A stretch of 64,000 nt of DNA from Eledone cirrhosa (lineage: Eukaryota). Shown here one piece after another: positions 28,736 to 41,230 of this stretch (positions are counted from its first letter, which is position 1; each line of letters starts with the position of its first letter). The notes under the pieces are model-generated. The model saw only the letters and a program-made list of their open reading frames with translations, was not told the DNA's origin and made no database searches. Both the position numbers and the translations under genes were made by a program. The DNA lies in the NCBI GenBank assembly GCA_964016885.1, contig OZ024744.1, forward strand, positions 55,366,001 through 55,430,000. The letters run 5' to 3'.

Positions 28736-29707
28736 GGTTAGAGACAGACAGAAAGGGGGTGGGAGAGAATGGAGTAAGTGGGTATGTGTATCAGAGAGAG
28801 AAAAAAGAAAAACAAGTATATGATGGACAGAGAAATATAGTGACATAAAAGAGAAAAGAGTGGGAGGAAAGGCGAACTATAAACGTAGAGAGAAACATAT
28901 CGAGTAATAGAGGGAGAGAAGAAAAGACTTGTACAATTGAATGGGATTGCGAGAGGAGGGGGGGGTACTTAAGAAACCTTAAATTAACATTAAAATAATT
29001 AACCTTTTTGTGACATGGTAAAATAAATGAAGTTAATATTTGTTGATAATACACAATTTATGAGATTCCTTAAGATAATTTTAAAAAATAATTGGCTCAA
29101 ATACGTATAATGGGTGTGTATATATAACTATATACATGTGTGTGTATATAAATACACCTATTATATATATAGAAGTAATAACACAACAGTTAGTTCACCA
29201 TACATATATATATATATAATGAGATATTGTTAACAGCAAATATCTAGATATAGATGTGGGGAGAAGAATCACCTCAGTTAAATGAACTGAGACGTAAATT
29301 TCTATTTTGCAAAACGAATAATTCGTCTGCAAAAATAAGCGTGATCCTTCATTACATTAGAGTAGGAAAACAAAAATAAATTTATCGAATATAATTAAAA
29401 GGAAAAAAAATGAGTTAATTAATTAATTATATGAATTACTCACATTTGTCAAGCAAATAACCTTGGTCGAGAGAAAAAAAGGTTGGTACAAAATGAAAGA
29501 TGGAGTATTAGTTAGAGGGAAGAACGATTTTATAAGTGGAGGGAACCGGAATTGGCTGTTAAAACAGACGGAAGTCTCGTTACAAGAGATTTGATAATTT
29601 TTTATATAGTACAATGTACTTTCTTATATTCAAGCGTTTATGTTAATATTATTTATATATATATATATATATGTGTGTTTATATGTATATATATGTATAT
29701 ATGTATG

Positions 29708-29756
<49 letters not shown>

Positions 29757-29965
29757 ATATATATATATATATATATATGCGTGTGTATATGAATATATAT
29801 ATATGTATGTATATATGTGTGTGTGAGAAACTCCGGAATAAAAGGGCGCTGAATCAACCTTAGAACTATTAATCGATAGAATGGTATTGAGATCGTATGT
29901 TTATAACAAGGAAAATCTGGAATTTTACCTCTTAAAAATTTCAGGTTTTCATTATTACACAAACA

Positions 29966-30234
29966 CAGTGTACCCGCACTCGCGGAATTTTCCTTAGAAC
30001 TTGACTAATAATTGTTGGGGGAAACCTTTGCTTATTCGCGGAATCGTAAATAGTTTCCACGATTTTTTCGTGGTAATATATTTGTTTAACTCTAAATTAT
30101 TAATAACAATATACCATCTTTTTTTTTTCGTTATATTATACGTTATAGGCATTTTATGGCCCACGTCCAATATTCGCGGGTTTTCGCTCTTCGCGGGTGC
30201 TCTAGGACATAAAGTTTGTGAATACCGCGGGACA

Positions 30235-30237
<3 letters not shown>
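29966..30237. mobile_element. Tigger/pogo-like MITE
   Basis: CAGTGTACCCGC / GCGGGACAATG termini with repeated internal TATTCGCGG motifs. Confidence 0.6.
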
Positions 30238-30282
<45 letters not shown>

Positions 30283-30732
30283 GCTATTTACTTTATTACA
30301 AACAATTTCACCGTATAGAGAATTCAATAGGGAATAATATTTTATTTGGCCTTAATAAATTTATATATGCACATGGTGCCTGCAGGCAATCAGCTTAGTC
30401 AGAAAATTCTGGTCGAATAACAGTATTAAATGGGTGGGAATTTATACTCTCTGGTTAAGCAGCAAGATTCGTACAAATCTGTCATTAGCTATCCCTCAAA
30501 AGCAATCAAACTGACGCGTATAGCTTTACGTGTGTGATCACATATGCGTAATATGTATATACGCGTGTGCATGTGTGTGAGAGACCGTATAATTATGCGA
30601 AACTAAGACTCTACAGTTATTAACTCTTATCTTACAACATTACTCTTCAATCGTATGTTCACGCGCGTATATATATATACATACACACATTATATATATA
30701 TAAATATATATATACACACATACATACACACT

Positions 30733-32461
30733 CAGACTGATGAATGTGGAGAACGAATGGGAGAGAGAGAAATTACCCCCAGTAGACCCGACAGAGGGAC
30801 CAGCTATTGAGATTGATGAATATAGGGTACAAGAGGCAATTAAGGAAATGAAGAATGATAAGGCTGCTGGACCGTCGGGGATAGTTGCTGAGATGCTGAA
30901 GGCATCAGGGGAAGTAGGCACTAAACTAGTTGCACGCATCATTAATCAAGCTATATATGGTGGTGTCATACCCAAAGACTGGTGTAGCAGTATTCTCATA
31001 GATTGCTACAGAGGTAAAGGGGGTGCTCTAGAGGAGCAATTATAGGGGCATAAAGTTGATGGATCAGGTTATGAAAGTGGCAGAGAGAATATTAGCACAA
31101 CTGATTAGAGAAAGGGTCAAATTAGATGAAATGCAGTTTGGTTTTGTGCCTCGGAAAGTACAACAGTTGCCCTCTTCTTAGTGAGAGAACTACAGGAGAG
31201 GTTCTTAGAGAAGAATAAGCCACCATACATAGCTTTTGTTGACCTAGAGAGGGCCTTTGATAGGATACCCCGATCTATCATCTGGTGGTCTCTAAGGAAA
31301 CTAGGTGTAGAGAAATGGCTTGTGAGGACAGTGCAAGCTATGTACAGGGGTGCTGTCAGTAAAGTGAGAATAGGAATGGAGTTTAGTGAGGAATTCCAGA
31401 TATAAGTAGGAGTACATCAGGGTTCGGTCCTCAGACCGCTCTTGTTCATTATATTCCTCCAAGCCATAACAGAGGAGTTTAAGACTGGATGCCCATGGGA
31501 ACTTCTCTATGCTGATGATCTGTTTCTTATAACAGAATCAGTAGAAGAACTAGAGTATAAATTCTGGCTATGGAAACAGCAGTTGGAATCAAGAGGCCTG
31601 AAAGTGAACATAGCTAAGACAAAAGTGTTGATAAGTAGAAGAGAGGACAATACTCTGATTCCATCAGGGAAATGGCCATGTTCGATATGTAGGAAAGGAA
31701 CTGGCATAAATTCCATAAAATGTATGCAATGCAGATCTAGGGTACACAAGAGATGTAGTGGGATAGCAGGCAAACTAACAGGTAGAGAAAACTATGTATG
31801 CAGTAGATGTACAGGGAAAGTTGGCAGTGATAAACACATTTTTCCAATGCAGAAAGTGGTTGGTAGCTTCCGGTACCTAGGTGATCAGATTAACATAGGA
31901 GGGGGTGTTCCGAGGCCTAGAATAAGGACAGGTTGGAAGAAGTTTAGGGAGCTGCTTCCTTTGTTGACAAAGAAGGGTTTCTCCCTGTGTACGAAAGGAC
32001 GGTTATATGATGCCTATGTGAGATGCGTGATGCTGCATGTTAGTGAGACATGGCCAAGAACTGCAGAGGATATGCGACGGCTAGAGAGAAATGAAGCAAG
32101 TATGCTCCGTTGGATGTGCAATGTCAATGTGCGTGAATGACCAAGCATGGACGAGTTGAGAAAGAAACTGGGTATAAGAGGGATAAGTTGTGGTGTGCAG
32201 GAGAGAAGGCTGAGATGGTATGGACATGTGATGCACATGTAGGATGACCACTGGGTAAAGAAGTGCCAAGAAATCCCAGTAGAAGGAAGACGCAGTAGAA
32301 GTAGACCACAAAAAACATGGGTGGAGGTGGTGAGAGCAGACCTCAGATTGCTGAAACTCACCGAGGAGATGACAAAGGACCATAACAAGTGGAGAGGTGC
32401 TGTGCTGAATAGGACCTGTCTAACCCTTGCAAGCACGGAAAACTGGATGTAAAATGATGAT
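30733..32461 (+). mobile_element. 5'-truncated, fairly intact RTE-like LINE (RT, PHD-type finger, thumb, tail)
   Basis: KAAGPSGIVAEMLK, QFGFVP, AFVDLERAFDRIPR, VGVHQGSVL, LLYADDL, SFRYLG, ETW..RRLERNEASMLRWMC; few lesions. Confidence 0.95.
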
Positions 32462-32919
32462 ATACATTTATTTATGTATACATTTATTTATGTGTCTTCT
32501 TATCATTTTACGTCCACGTTTCCCTGCTTGCAAGGGTGGGACAGGAACTAATTCTGGCTTGACTTCTACAGCTGGATGCCCTTCCTAACACCAACCTCAT
32601 TAACAGTGAGTGCTGGGTGCTTTTTTGCTGTGGCACCTCCACGACCACTTACCCAGTCCCTATCATCTCATTTCTACAGCTGAGTAAACTGGAGCAATGT
32701 GAAATAAAGTGTCTTGCTCAACGAAACAACACATCACCCGGTCTGAGAATTGTACTCACAACCTTTCGATTGCAAGGCCAATGCCTCCATATATGTATGT
32801 ATATATATCTCATCATCGTTTCTACGGCCACTTTTCTACGCTTGCATGGGTTGGACGGGTCCTCAGCACAGCATCTTTTATCTTCATCTCTTTGAGTCTC
32901 AGTGAATAGAGATCAGCTC

Positions 32920-34920
32920 TCACATCTACCTATGTTTTTCTTGGTCAACCTCTACTGCGGCTTCCTTCCACTGACATTTTCTGACACTTCTTCACCCAGC
33001 TATCACTGTCCATACGCATCTCATCTTCCATACCAATGCAGTCTTCTCTCCTGCACACCTCAGATTGCTTTTAAACCCAGCTTCTCCCTCAACTCGTCCA
33101 AGCTCTTTCTCTCACACTTACATTGCACATCCAAAGGAGCATGGTTGTTCCATTTCTCCCCAGTCTACACATGTCCTTTGCAGTCACAGCCCGTGTTTCA
33201 TTATCATGCAGTATCACACTTCACATCATACAGTCATCTTTTTGTACATAGAGAGAAGCCTATTATTGTCAACAGTAGAAATAGCTTGCTAAACGTCTTC
33301 CATCCTACCCTTATTCTAGCTATTATGCTTTCAGAGCACCCTCCTCCATTGCTAAATACATCGCCTAAATAGCAGAAGCTTCCAACCACTTCTTTGGGTC
33401 CTTCCTGTGACTGGAATAGGCTTACATCACTGGCTATCTTCCCCTCAGTTACCCCTGTGCATCTTCTACAAACAAAATTTACCCATTATCCCACTAAATC
33501 TCGCGTGCCCAAGATTTACATTGTGTACATCGTATGGAGTTTATGCCTACTCCCTTTCTACATATTGAAGAGGCCAGTTCCCTGAAGGAATCAGGGTCCT
33601 ATCTTCTCTCCTACTTACTAGTTTTGGCTAAGTTTTCTCTTATGCATTTTGATTCTAAATTCTGTTTCCAGAGTCACAACTTATTTCCTAGGTCTTTAAG
33701 GGATTCTGCTATAAGGATTAGATCATCTGCATTGAGAAGTTCCCTTGTGTAGCCAGTCTTCAACTCCTCTTTTATAGCCTGCAGAACTATAATGAATAGT
33801 AATGGGCTAAGAACCGAACCTTGATGAACTACTTTTACCTTGAATTCCTCACTAAACTCATATCGTACTCTCACTTTGCTGCCAGCTCCTCTGTACATGG
33901 CTTGCACTGCTCTACCCAACCATTCTTTTACACTTAATTTCCTTAAGGACCACCAGTTAATAGATCAGGGTACTCAGTCAAATACTTTTTCTAGGTCAAC
34001 GAAAGCTATGTATCATGATGATGATGCATAGTGGCTTATTCTTAGCTAAAAACTTTTCTTGTAGTTGAACTTACTAAAAAGAGGACATCTGTAGTACTTT
34101 TACCAGGCATGAAACCAAACTGCATCTCATCTAATTTGACTCTTCCCTAATTAGCTGTGCTATAACTCTTTTGGTCACTTTCATAACTTGGTCCATTAGC
34201 TTTATTCTTCTATAGTTGCTCCTTTCTAGAGAATCATTGCCCTTCATGTCAATGATCTTCATGTCACAACACATTAAATATTCTTTCAGCCTCTTTTTAT
34301 GCTATGTGTACCTGTTACCTAGCCTCTCTTTTAGCTATCTGGTTCTGGTTTCTACTGCCCCCATTTTTCCTTTCTTTCCACACCTGTTTCTTGGCTTTAA
34401 TGGCTCTATCCACTGTGCTGTTCCTTCACCAGGTAACCCTCTGTCTGGCTGGTGCTTTACTCCAGCCACAAGTCTCATCAGTAGTTTGCTAAAGGTTGTC
34501 ACATAAGAATTTCCAGTTGTCCTCTACATTACATGTATCTAGCTAGTCACCTCTCTCATCAAATGATCCTGTAGGGCTTTTCTGAACCTATGTTTAACCG
34601 AAAGGTCCTTTGGCTTTCAATTAGCCCCTGTCTCCATATCTTCCTGCTTATCTTATTCTGACTTGTGTTTATTTTGATGTCACTAACAACCAACTTGTAT
34701 TGGCAGCACATTTTTCCCCAGAGAAAGGCCTTAGTATTTATTACAGTCCGATTATCTTGTCTTATAAGTAAGAAATCAATCTGGCTTGTGAATTCACTTG
34801 AACTCATGCTAGTGTGGAAGATGGACATAAACAATGATGATGATGATGATGATGATGATATGTGATCAAATTTGTGTTGCAAATGGTTAGTTCATTCACA
34901 CCACAGAATTCCAGGAAGCA
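32920..34920 (-). mobile_element. Decayed RTE-like LINE of the same family, convergent with 30733-32461
   Basis: VHQGSVLSPLLFIIVLQAIKEE..ELLNADDL and APE-end SQIDFLLIRQ..KAFL. Confidence 0.9.
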
Positions 34921-34939
34921 AGAAATCTGTACATGTTTT

Positions 34940-36145
34940 GCATTGGGAAGACGAAAGGCGTGAGGTGCTCAGGATTGCAAGGCTGTGTGTGGGAAAAATC
35001 AAGACGTCATTGTGGAGAAATGTCTCCAAACTGACAGTGGTGGACTTGCTGACACCAATGCCAAGAAGGAAGAATCATGGAAGTGCCATTATGAGAGACT
35101 TTTAAATAAGGAGATTGCATGGGAGGAAGATGGTCTATCTCAATCAGATCCAATACAGGGATAAGCCGTATAAGTCAGCAGCTGTGTAGTAGGTTGATCA
35201 AAGATATGAAGGCAGGGAAAAGGGTACTATCGATACCTTCTTTCTTCTGAGACAACTACATCAGAATTACTTAGGTAGTAAGCTACTCTACCTGGCATTT
35301 GTAGATCTGGAGAAGGCCTTTGCCAGAATCCCACACTCTGTAATCCAATGTTAGATGTAGCTGAATGGCTTCTGAGCACCATGAAAGCCATGTATAATGG
35401 TACAACCAGAAACGTGAGAGTTATAAATAAGTAGTGATGAATTTAAAGTGCATGTAGGGGTCCACCAGGGCTCAGTCCTCAGTCAACTTCTGTTTATCAT
35501 TGTCTTTCAGGCTATCACTGAGGCACTCTATGCGAACTCCTGTATGCTGATCATCTTGTGTTATAGCTGAATCTATAAAGGCAAAATTTCAAGTATAGAA
35601 GAAAAACCTAAAGGTGAAAAGCCTAAAAGTAGGAAAGGCTGATATCATCAGGGAAGTGGCCTTGTTTGATATGTGCGGAAGTGGTGGGCATAAATTCCAT
35701 AAGGTGCACACACAGTAATCTATGGATGCACAAGAGATGTAGTGGGATGGCAGGCAGGTTATCAGAAAGGATAGACTTTGTATGTAGCAGATACACAGAA
35801 GTAAACCAGGGAGGTTCCTTAAAAGTTGTTGACAGCTTTTGTTACCTAGGTTACTTGATCAACAGTGGTGGGAGGATGCTTTGGAGGCACCATACCTCTG
35901 CTGACAACAAAAGGCTTCACTCTCAGAGTGAATGATAGACTGTATGATATGAACTGCAATGCTATATGGCAGTGAAACTTAGGACTTGACTACTGAAGAC
36001 CTGTGAAGGCTAGAAAGTGTATACTCCAATGGATATCTAATATTAGTGTGCATGAACGATGTAGCATAAGTGTACTGAGAGAAAAACTTGGCAGAAGAGT
36101 AATCGGATGTAATGTGCAAGATAGAAAACTGCTTGGTATGGGTAC
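34940..36145 (+). mobile_element. Decayed, internally deleted RTE-like LINE
   Basis: LAFVDLEKAF, VGVHQGSVLS, LLYADHL, NSIRCTHSNLWMHKRCSG, KVVDSFCYLG. Confidence 0.88.
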
Positions 36146-36426
36146 TCTCAGGTATTGAATAATCATACACAACAACCAACCCCACCCCTACTTATTCATT
36201 TTTCAGATTTTTTCCAATCCCACCACTTATGCTAATCTATCTTCAGCAAAATTTTATTGTAAGGGATTCATATCAATACAGCAGCTGGAGAATCTAATAA
36301 TTATTTTTTTTACAAAAAAAAATATATTACAAGAAATCCCACTACATACACTATGCAATTACAAATTCCCCAACACCTCGTTTATACCACCCCATCCCCT
36401 ATTATTTGAGACCCAAGAGTAATAAT

Positions 36427-36569
36427 TGTTTCTACTTTTGGCACAAGGCCAGCAATTACCCAGTACATTACTGGTACTTTATTTTATCGACCCCGTAAGG
36501 ATGAAAGGCAAAGTTAACCTCGGCGGGATTTGAACTCAGAATGGCAAGGGCAGTAACTCTATGCATCAA
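36427..36569 (-). mobile_element. Truncated SINE with 18-bp target-site duplication
   Basis: Flanked by agacccaagagtaataat at 36409-36426 and 36570-36587. Confidence 0.85.
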
Positions 36570-36880
36570 AGACCCAAGAGTAATAATGTTTACAGAAAAT
36601 GACAGCTATATACATGTCTAATATGTATTCTAATTTGTTGCAACATTACTAAGTGAACTTCCAATATATTCTATAGTAATTTCAATGTTGGAATAAATGT
36701 GGTGTGTAGTATCATTTAAACTGCTTCCAAAACATTTTATATCATTATATGAAAGGTCCTCTTCAGATGCCTGGAGAAAGAAAGCACATCTATGTAAAGA
36801 TAAAGACAGGGAAAAGGTTTGACAAGCCCATCTAGCTGCTACCAGGATGCAAAATGCTTTGACACAAGTACATTAATTAG

Positions 36881-37036
36881 TTGTTTCTACTTTTGGCACA
36901 AGGCCAGCAATTACTCAGTACATTACTGGTACTTTATTTTATCGACCCCATAAGGATGAAAGGCAAAGTTAACCTCGACGGGATTTGAACTCAAACCATA
37001 AAGGGTCATAACTATGCTGGAAAGCATGGCGTCCGA
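36881..37036 (-). mobile_element. Truncated SINE, near-identical to 36427-36569, with 15-bp TSD
   Basis: Flanked by agtacattaattagt on both sides. Confidence 0.85.
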
Positions 37037-37772
37037 GTACATTAATTAGTAATTGACAGATAGTACTGTTTAGATCAAAACAGATACAGGATTGTTGCTG
37101 CATAAGAACAACAAAGTGAGAAATATCAGCATAATTGGTTGATGGGTGTTTCTTACATGACCCCAAAAAGACTACAACAGCATCACAAATAATTGGGAAA
37201 ATGAACAACTGCTGTCAAAATTTTGTTGCCAAGAAATGGGTAGCATGAACACAAGGTCTATGTTATTCAAACCTATGTTTTTTGTTAGCCTGTTTGAGAT
37301 CCCATTACATCTCATGTGTACCTATCGTTTGCATTTGATGGAATTTCTACCTACTCCTTTCCTGCACACTGACGGGATCTGAGTCCTGTTTTCCTTTCTA
37401 CATTCTAGGACTTTAGTCTTTGGCAAATCGACTTTAAGGGGTTTTAGCTAGATATTTCTCCTGCAGTTTCCTCACAAGGAAGAGGACATCAGTGGTACTT
37501 TTACCTGGCACAAATCCAAACTGCATCTCATCTAGTTTAACTCGGTCCCAAATTAGCTGTGACCTTCATCACTTGGTCCATCAACTTGATGCCTTTATAG
37601 TTTTCTCTGTCAAGTGCCTCTTCTTTGTCCTTGTAGCAGTCAATGATGCTGGCTGATGTTATGTTAGTCATTGGGTATGACACCATTTTGTATTACAATA
37701 TGGGTGGTTAAGGTGTGACCCACCATCCCAGATGCTTTCAATATCTCAGCAACTATTCCAGATGGTCTAGCT

Positions 37773-38395
37773 CAGGGTTTCCCACCTTTTTCAGCTAGTG
37801 CCCCCTTTGGGCGCAAACTTTTTTGTCAACGCCGCCCCTAATTTAATTTCAAATAAGATAGTGAATTCATCTTACATCAAAACCTAAAACAAATGTGTGC
37901 ACGTGTGTGGTTGGGCCTTTAATCACCAGGGGTCAATTTAAGTTCAATCATAGAAAGGAATTCAAAACAGCAACACACTCACATACATGCAATCATATAT
38001 ATACAAACATACCCACATATACAAACACATAGATATCAGCCACTCCCAAAAGCCAGTTTCATCCAAAATTCGACCACCGTTCTTTATATATTTGCTTTTA
38101 TTCATTGTTTTTTTTTCTTTTACCATTCATCTGTTTTTTTTGTTTTTGTTTTTGTTTTGGAGGCTTTACTTTAGTGACACCAGTTACACATGGTGCCAGG
38201 AATTCGTTTGGTGTCGCCAAAGTGGAAAAAGTGTTTTTTAAATTTTTGAAAATTTGAATGAAAAAATATGGATAAATGCCCACAACCCACCTGAGTATAT
38301 TCACCGCCCCCCAAATGAAATAATAACTTCCAGTGCCTCCGTTCAACACAATAGCGCCCACATGCGGGCGCTTGCGCCTATGTTGGGAAACACTG
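37773..38395. mobile_element. hAT (Charlie-like) non-autonomous element with 8-bp TSD
   Basis: TIRs CAGGGTTTCCCACC / GTTGGGAAACACTG; TSD gtctagct / gtctagtt. Confidence 0.88.
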
Positions 38396-38999
38396 GTCTA
38401 GTTGCTTTGCTTGTCTTCATATCCTTAACTTTCTTACGCACTATGCTGCTGCTGCCTTGTACAGCTGGTCTCTCTGTTGGGTCTACTTGGGTCAGATTAT
38501 CTTCTTCCTGTGCATTCTCCTCGTTCAGTAATCTTTCATAGTAGCACTTCTTTGCTACTTTCTTTTCAGCATCAGTGATGGCAAGTACACCATTATCATC
38601 TCAGACACACCTCTCCTCATCAACATCACACTTTTCCCTGACACACTCCCTTGCAATCCTGAACACCTCACTCCTTTGGTCCTCACATTGCAAAACATGC
38701 TTACATTTTTCATTTTCTGCTTCATTTCTTACAAAATATACTTATCACCTAGCTTCTCTCCTTGCAACCTGCTAGTGTTCTCTACTTCCTCCATTCTGTC
38801 ATTCTTTCCATGTCTGACTCTTGGCCTTAATTGTCTCATCCACACTACTACTCCACTACTAACTCACTCTCCTTCTCCCTAGAGACCTATCTTTTAGAAA
38901 GTCCCACTGCTCCTCCCTATTGAATGTCTATTTGTTCTTCCTTACCATCAAAAGTGTCATGCAACATACCTCTAAACTTGTTACTGGCTGAGGGCTCCT

Positions 39000-39321
39000 T
39001 TAACCCTTTAACATTTCCATTACTCTATATTTACTATTATATTTTCACGGTAAAGTTTCTATCTCACATAATATCGATTCTATGAGATTTTGATATCCTG
39101 CCAAGGTTAACTTTGCCTTTCATCCTCATGGGGTCGATAAAATAAAGTACCAGTAATACACTGGGTAATTGCTGCTGGCCTTGTGCCAAAAGTAGAAACA
39201 ATTATTTATTTTGAGAATCATACTTTAATATCAGTATGAGTGGCTAATTACAGTGAGTTTGAACAGAAAGAGGTGAGTGAATTCTGGCTGGATATGGCTG
39301 GTTTAAATGCGAAAGTGTTAA
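39000..39321. mobile_element. piggyBac-like MITE containing a nested SINE (about 39098-39203)
   Basis: TTAA-CCCTTTAACATTT ... AAATGCGAAAGTG-TTAA; body matches 11710-11905 and 45290-45496. Confidence 0.75.
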
Positions 39322-40823
39322 TTTCCATATCCTTTTCCTCCAGGTTGCCCTCTGTCTCTGAGTTCGTAAAGCCTTACCTTTAAAGTCACTGACTACTAGG
39401 TTATGTTGGAGGGTGCATTCCACACCAGGGAGGGACTTTGCGTTTACAACCATCACTCTATCTTGTCTTCTGGTGAGGATAAAATCTATCTGGTTGGCAT
39501 GCTCACCTGATACATAGACGATTAAGTGATTGTCTCGAGTTTTTTAAGTTTGTGTTACAGTTAGACAGATCATTGATAGTTGAAAAGGGGGGCTATGTTC
39601 CAGACAAAACGATGCTTATAGGTAAAAAGTAAAAGTGGAAATGTATAGGAGTGTATTTAAAGATTCCTTTTTTTCTTTGATCCAACAGAATAAATATTTT
39701 TATAATGGCTACATTATATGAATTTAAGTTTTATCAAATGTTACCAGTTTTGATTGGTTTGTCAATATTATCAAATACTAAAAACGTTTGTTCTCATATT
39801 CTGGATGCAGTTAGAACATATGTGGATTTTCTGCCAAAATATCTTCTTATATTTATGTTCTTTATGAAGATGGGGTGGTGAAAGGGGACGTGGGGTTCAA
39901 CAGGTCAGGATTCTCTAGATTGACTAGAAAATTCTATTGATTTAAATAGAAAGTTCCTTTTCTATACAGAATAAAGACCCAGATGACATTTTGTTGTAGT
40001 GTGGTTTGTGTGTGTGAGTGTGTGTGTGTGAGTATGTATATATAAGTGTATATATACCTATAGTAGTGTATATATATGATATATTACAAGTGTATATATA
40101 TAACATATTAGTGAGATCTGTGGAGGAGTTATATTATAAGTATATATATATAGCTACAGTAGTGTATATATAATATATCAGTAGTATATATATAATACAG
40201 AAGTGTGTGTGTGTGATTTTGGTGGGGTTCCATTGTGTCCTTAGTCCAAGTTTATTTTCAGGGTTTGTAGATAAGTACAATGCTTTTGCAGTCTTATCTG
40301 CAGGCCGCAGCCCCATTACCACCGAGCCTTAGGCCAAGAGCCCAATCACATGATTGAGGCACTCTGTTGGTTACGACAACAAGTGTTCCAGTTGATCCGA
40401 TGAACAGAACAGACTGCTCATGAAATCAACGTGCAAGTGACTGAGCATTCCACAAATACATGTACCCTTAACATAGTTCTCAGGGAGATTCAGTTTGTCA
40501 CAGAATGTGACAAAGTTGGCCATTCGGACTACAGGTATATATCACTTTTACCAGCTGAGTGGACTGGAGCAACGTGAAATAAAGTGTCTGGCTCAAGGAC
40601 ACAATGAGCCACTGCTAATTGAACTCACAACCTTGATTGTAAGCCGAATACCCTGACCACAAAGCAATGTGACTTCACATACATACATATGTTTGGGTTT
40701 ACAAACACAAGAAAAAGGTGTTCAATAACCAAAGTAGAGAATATTGTATATGCATTACTGGTTGCTGATAGAAGTATTCTGTGAACTCAGAGTAACATTA
40801 GAGTTATCTCACTAATATATATG

Positions 40824-40852
<29 letters not shown>

Positions 40853-40854
<2 letters not shown>

Positions 40855-41230
40855 GGAGCTAACATGCAGCATTTGTGAAAGGTTCTGCCTCAGCAAAGCT
40901 GGACTCAAAAGTCATCTTCACAGTCATAAAGTGACACCAGTGGTTGACTATCAGCCTGCTGTCGGAGATGCTACTCATCATACCTGTCAAGCATGTGGAA
41001 AAGAGTGTAGATCAACAGGAGGGCTCAAACAACATGTAAAAGTATATGATAATCAACTACAGCCAGCTATTGCCAGTGAGTGTTTTTATCATGGTTGCCA
41101 ACTCTGTGCAAGACATTTTAGATCATTGGTTGGGCTAAAAAGCCACATTTGATCGCAGCACTGTTAATTATTTTTTTTTTTTTTTAATCGTATGATGGCC
41201 ATACTCTATAAGAAGGAGGCAGCCATTTTG
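40853..41230 (+). mobile_element. Three C2H2-type zinc fingers, probably the C-terminus of a 5'-truncated RTE/BovB-like LINE
   Basis: CSICERFCLSKAGLKSHLHSH, CQACGKECRSTGGLKQHVKVY, CQLCARHFRSLVGLKSHI; no TGEKP linkers, no splice acceptor, bounded by microsatellites. Confidence 0.6.

Larger units (their letters stand above)
37290..39570 (-). mobile_element. Decayed RTE-like LINE interrupted by nested DNA transposons
   Basis: NAKSLPGVECTLQHNLVVSD, RT QFGFVPGKSTTD and PHD remnant; the LINE sequence resumes across both insertions. Confidence 0.88.
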
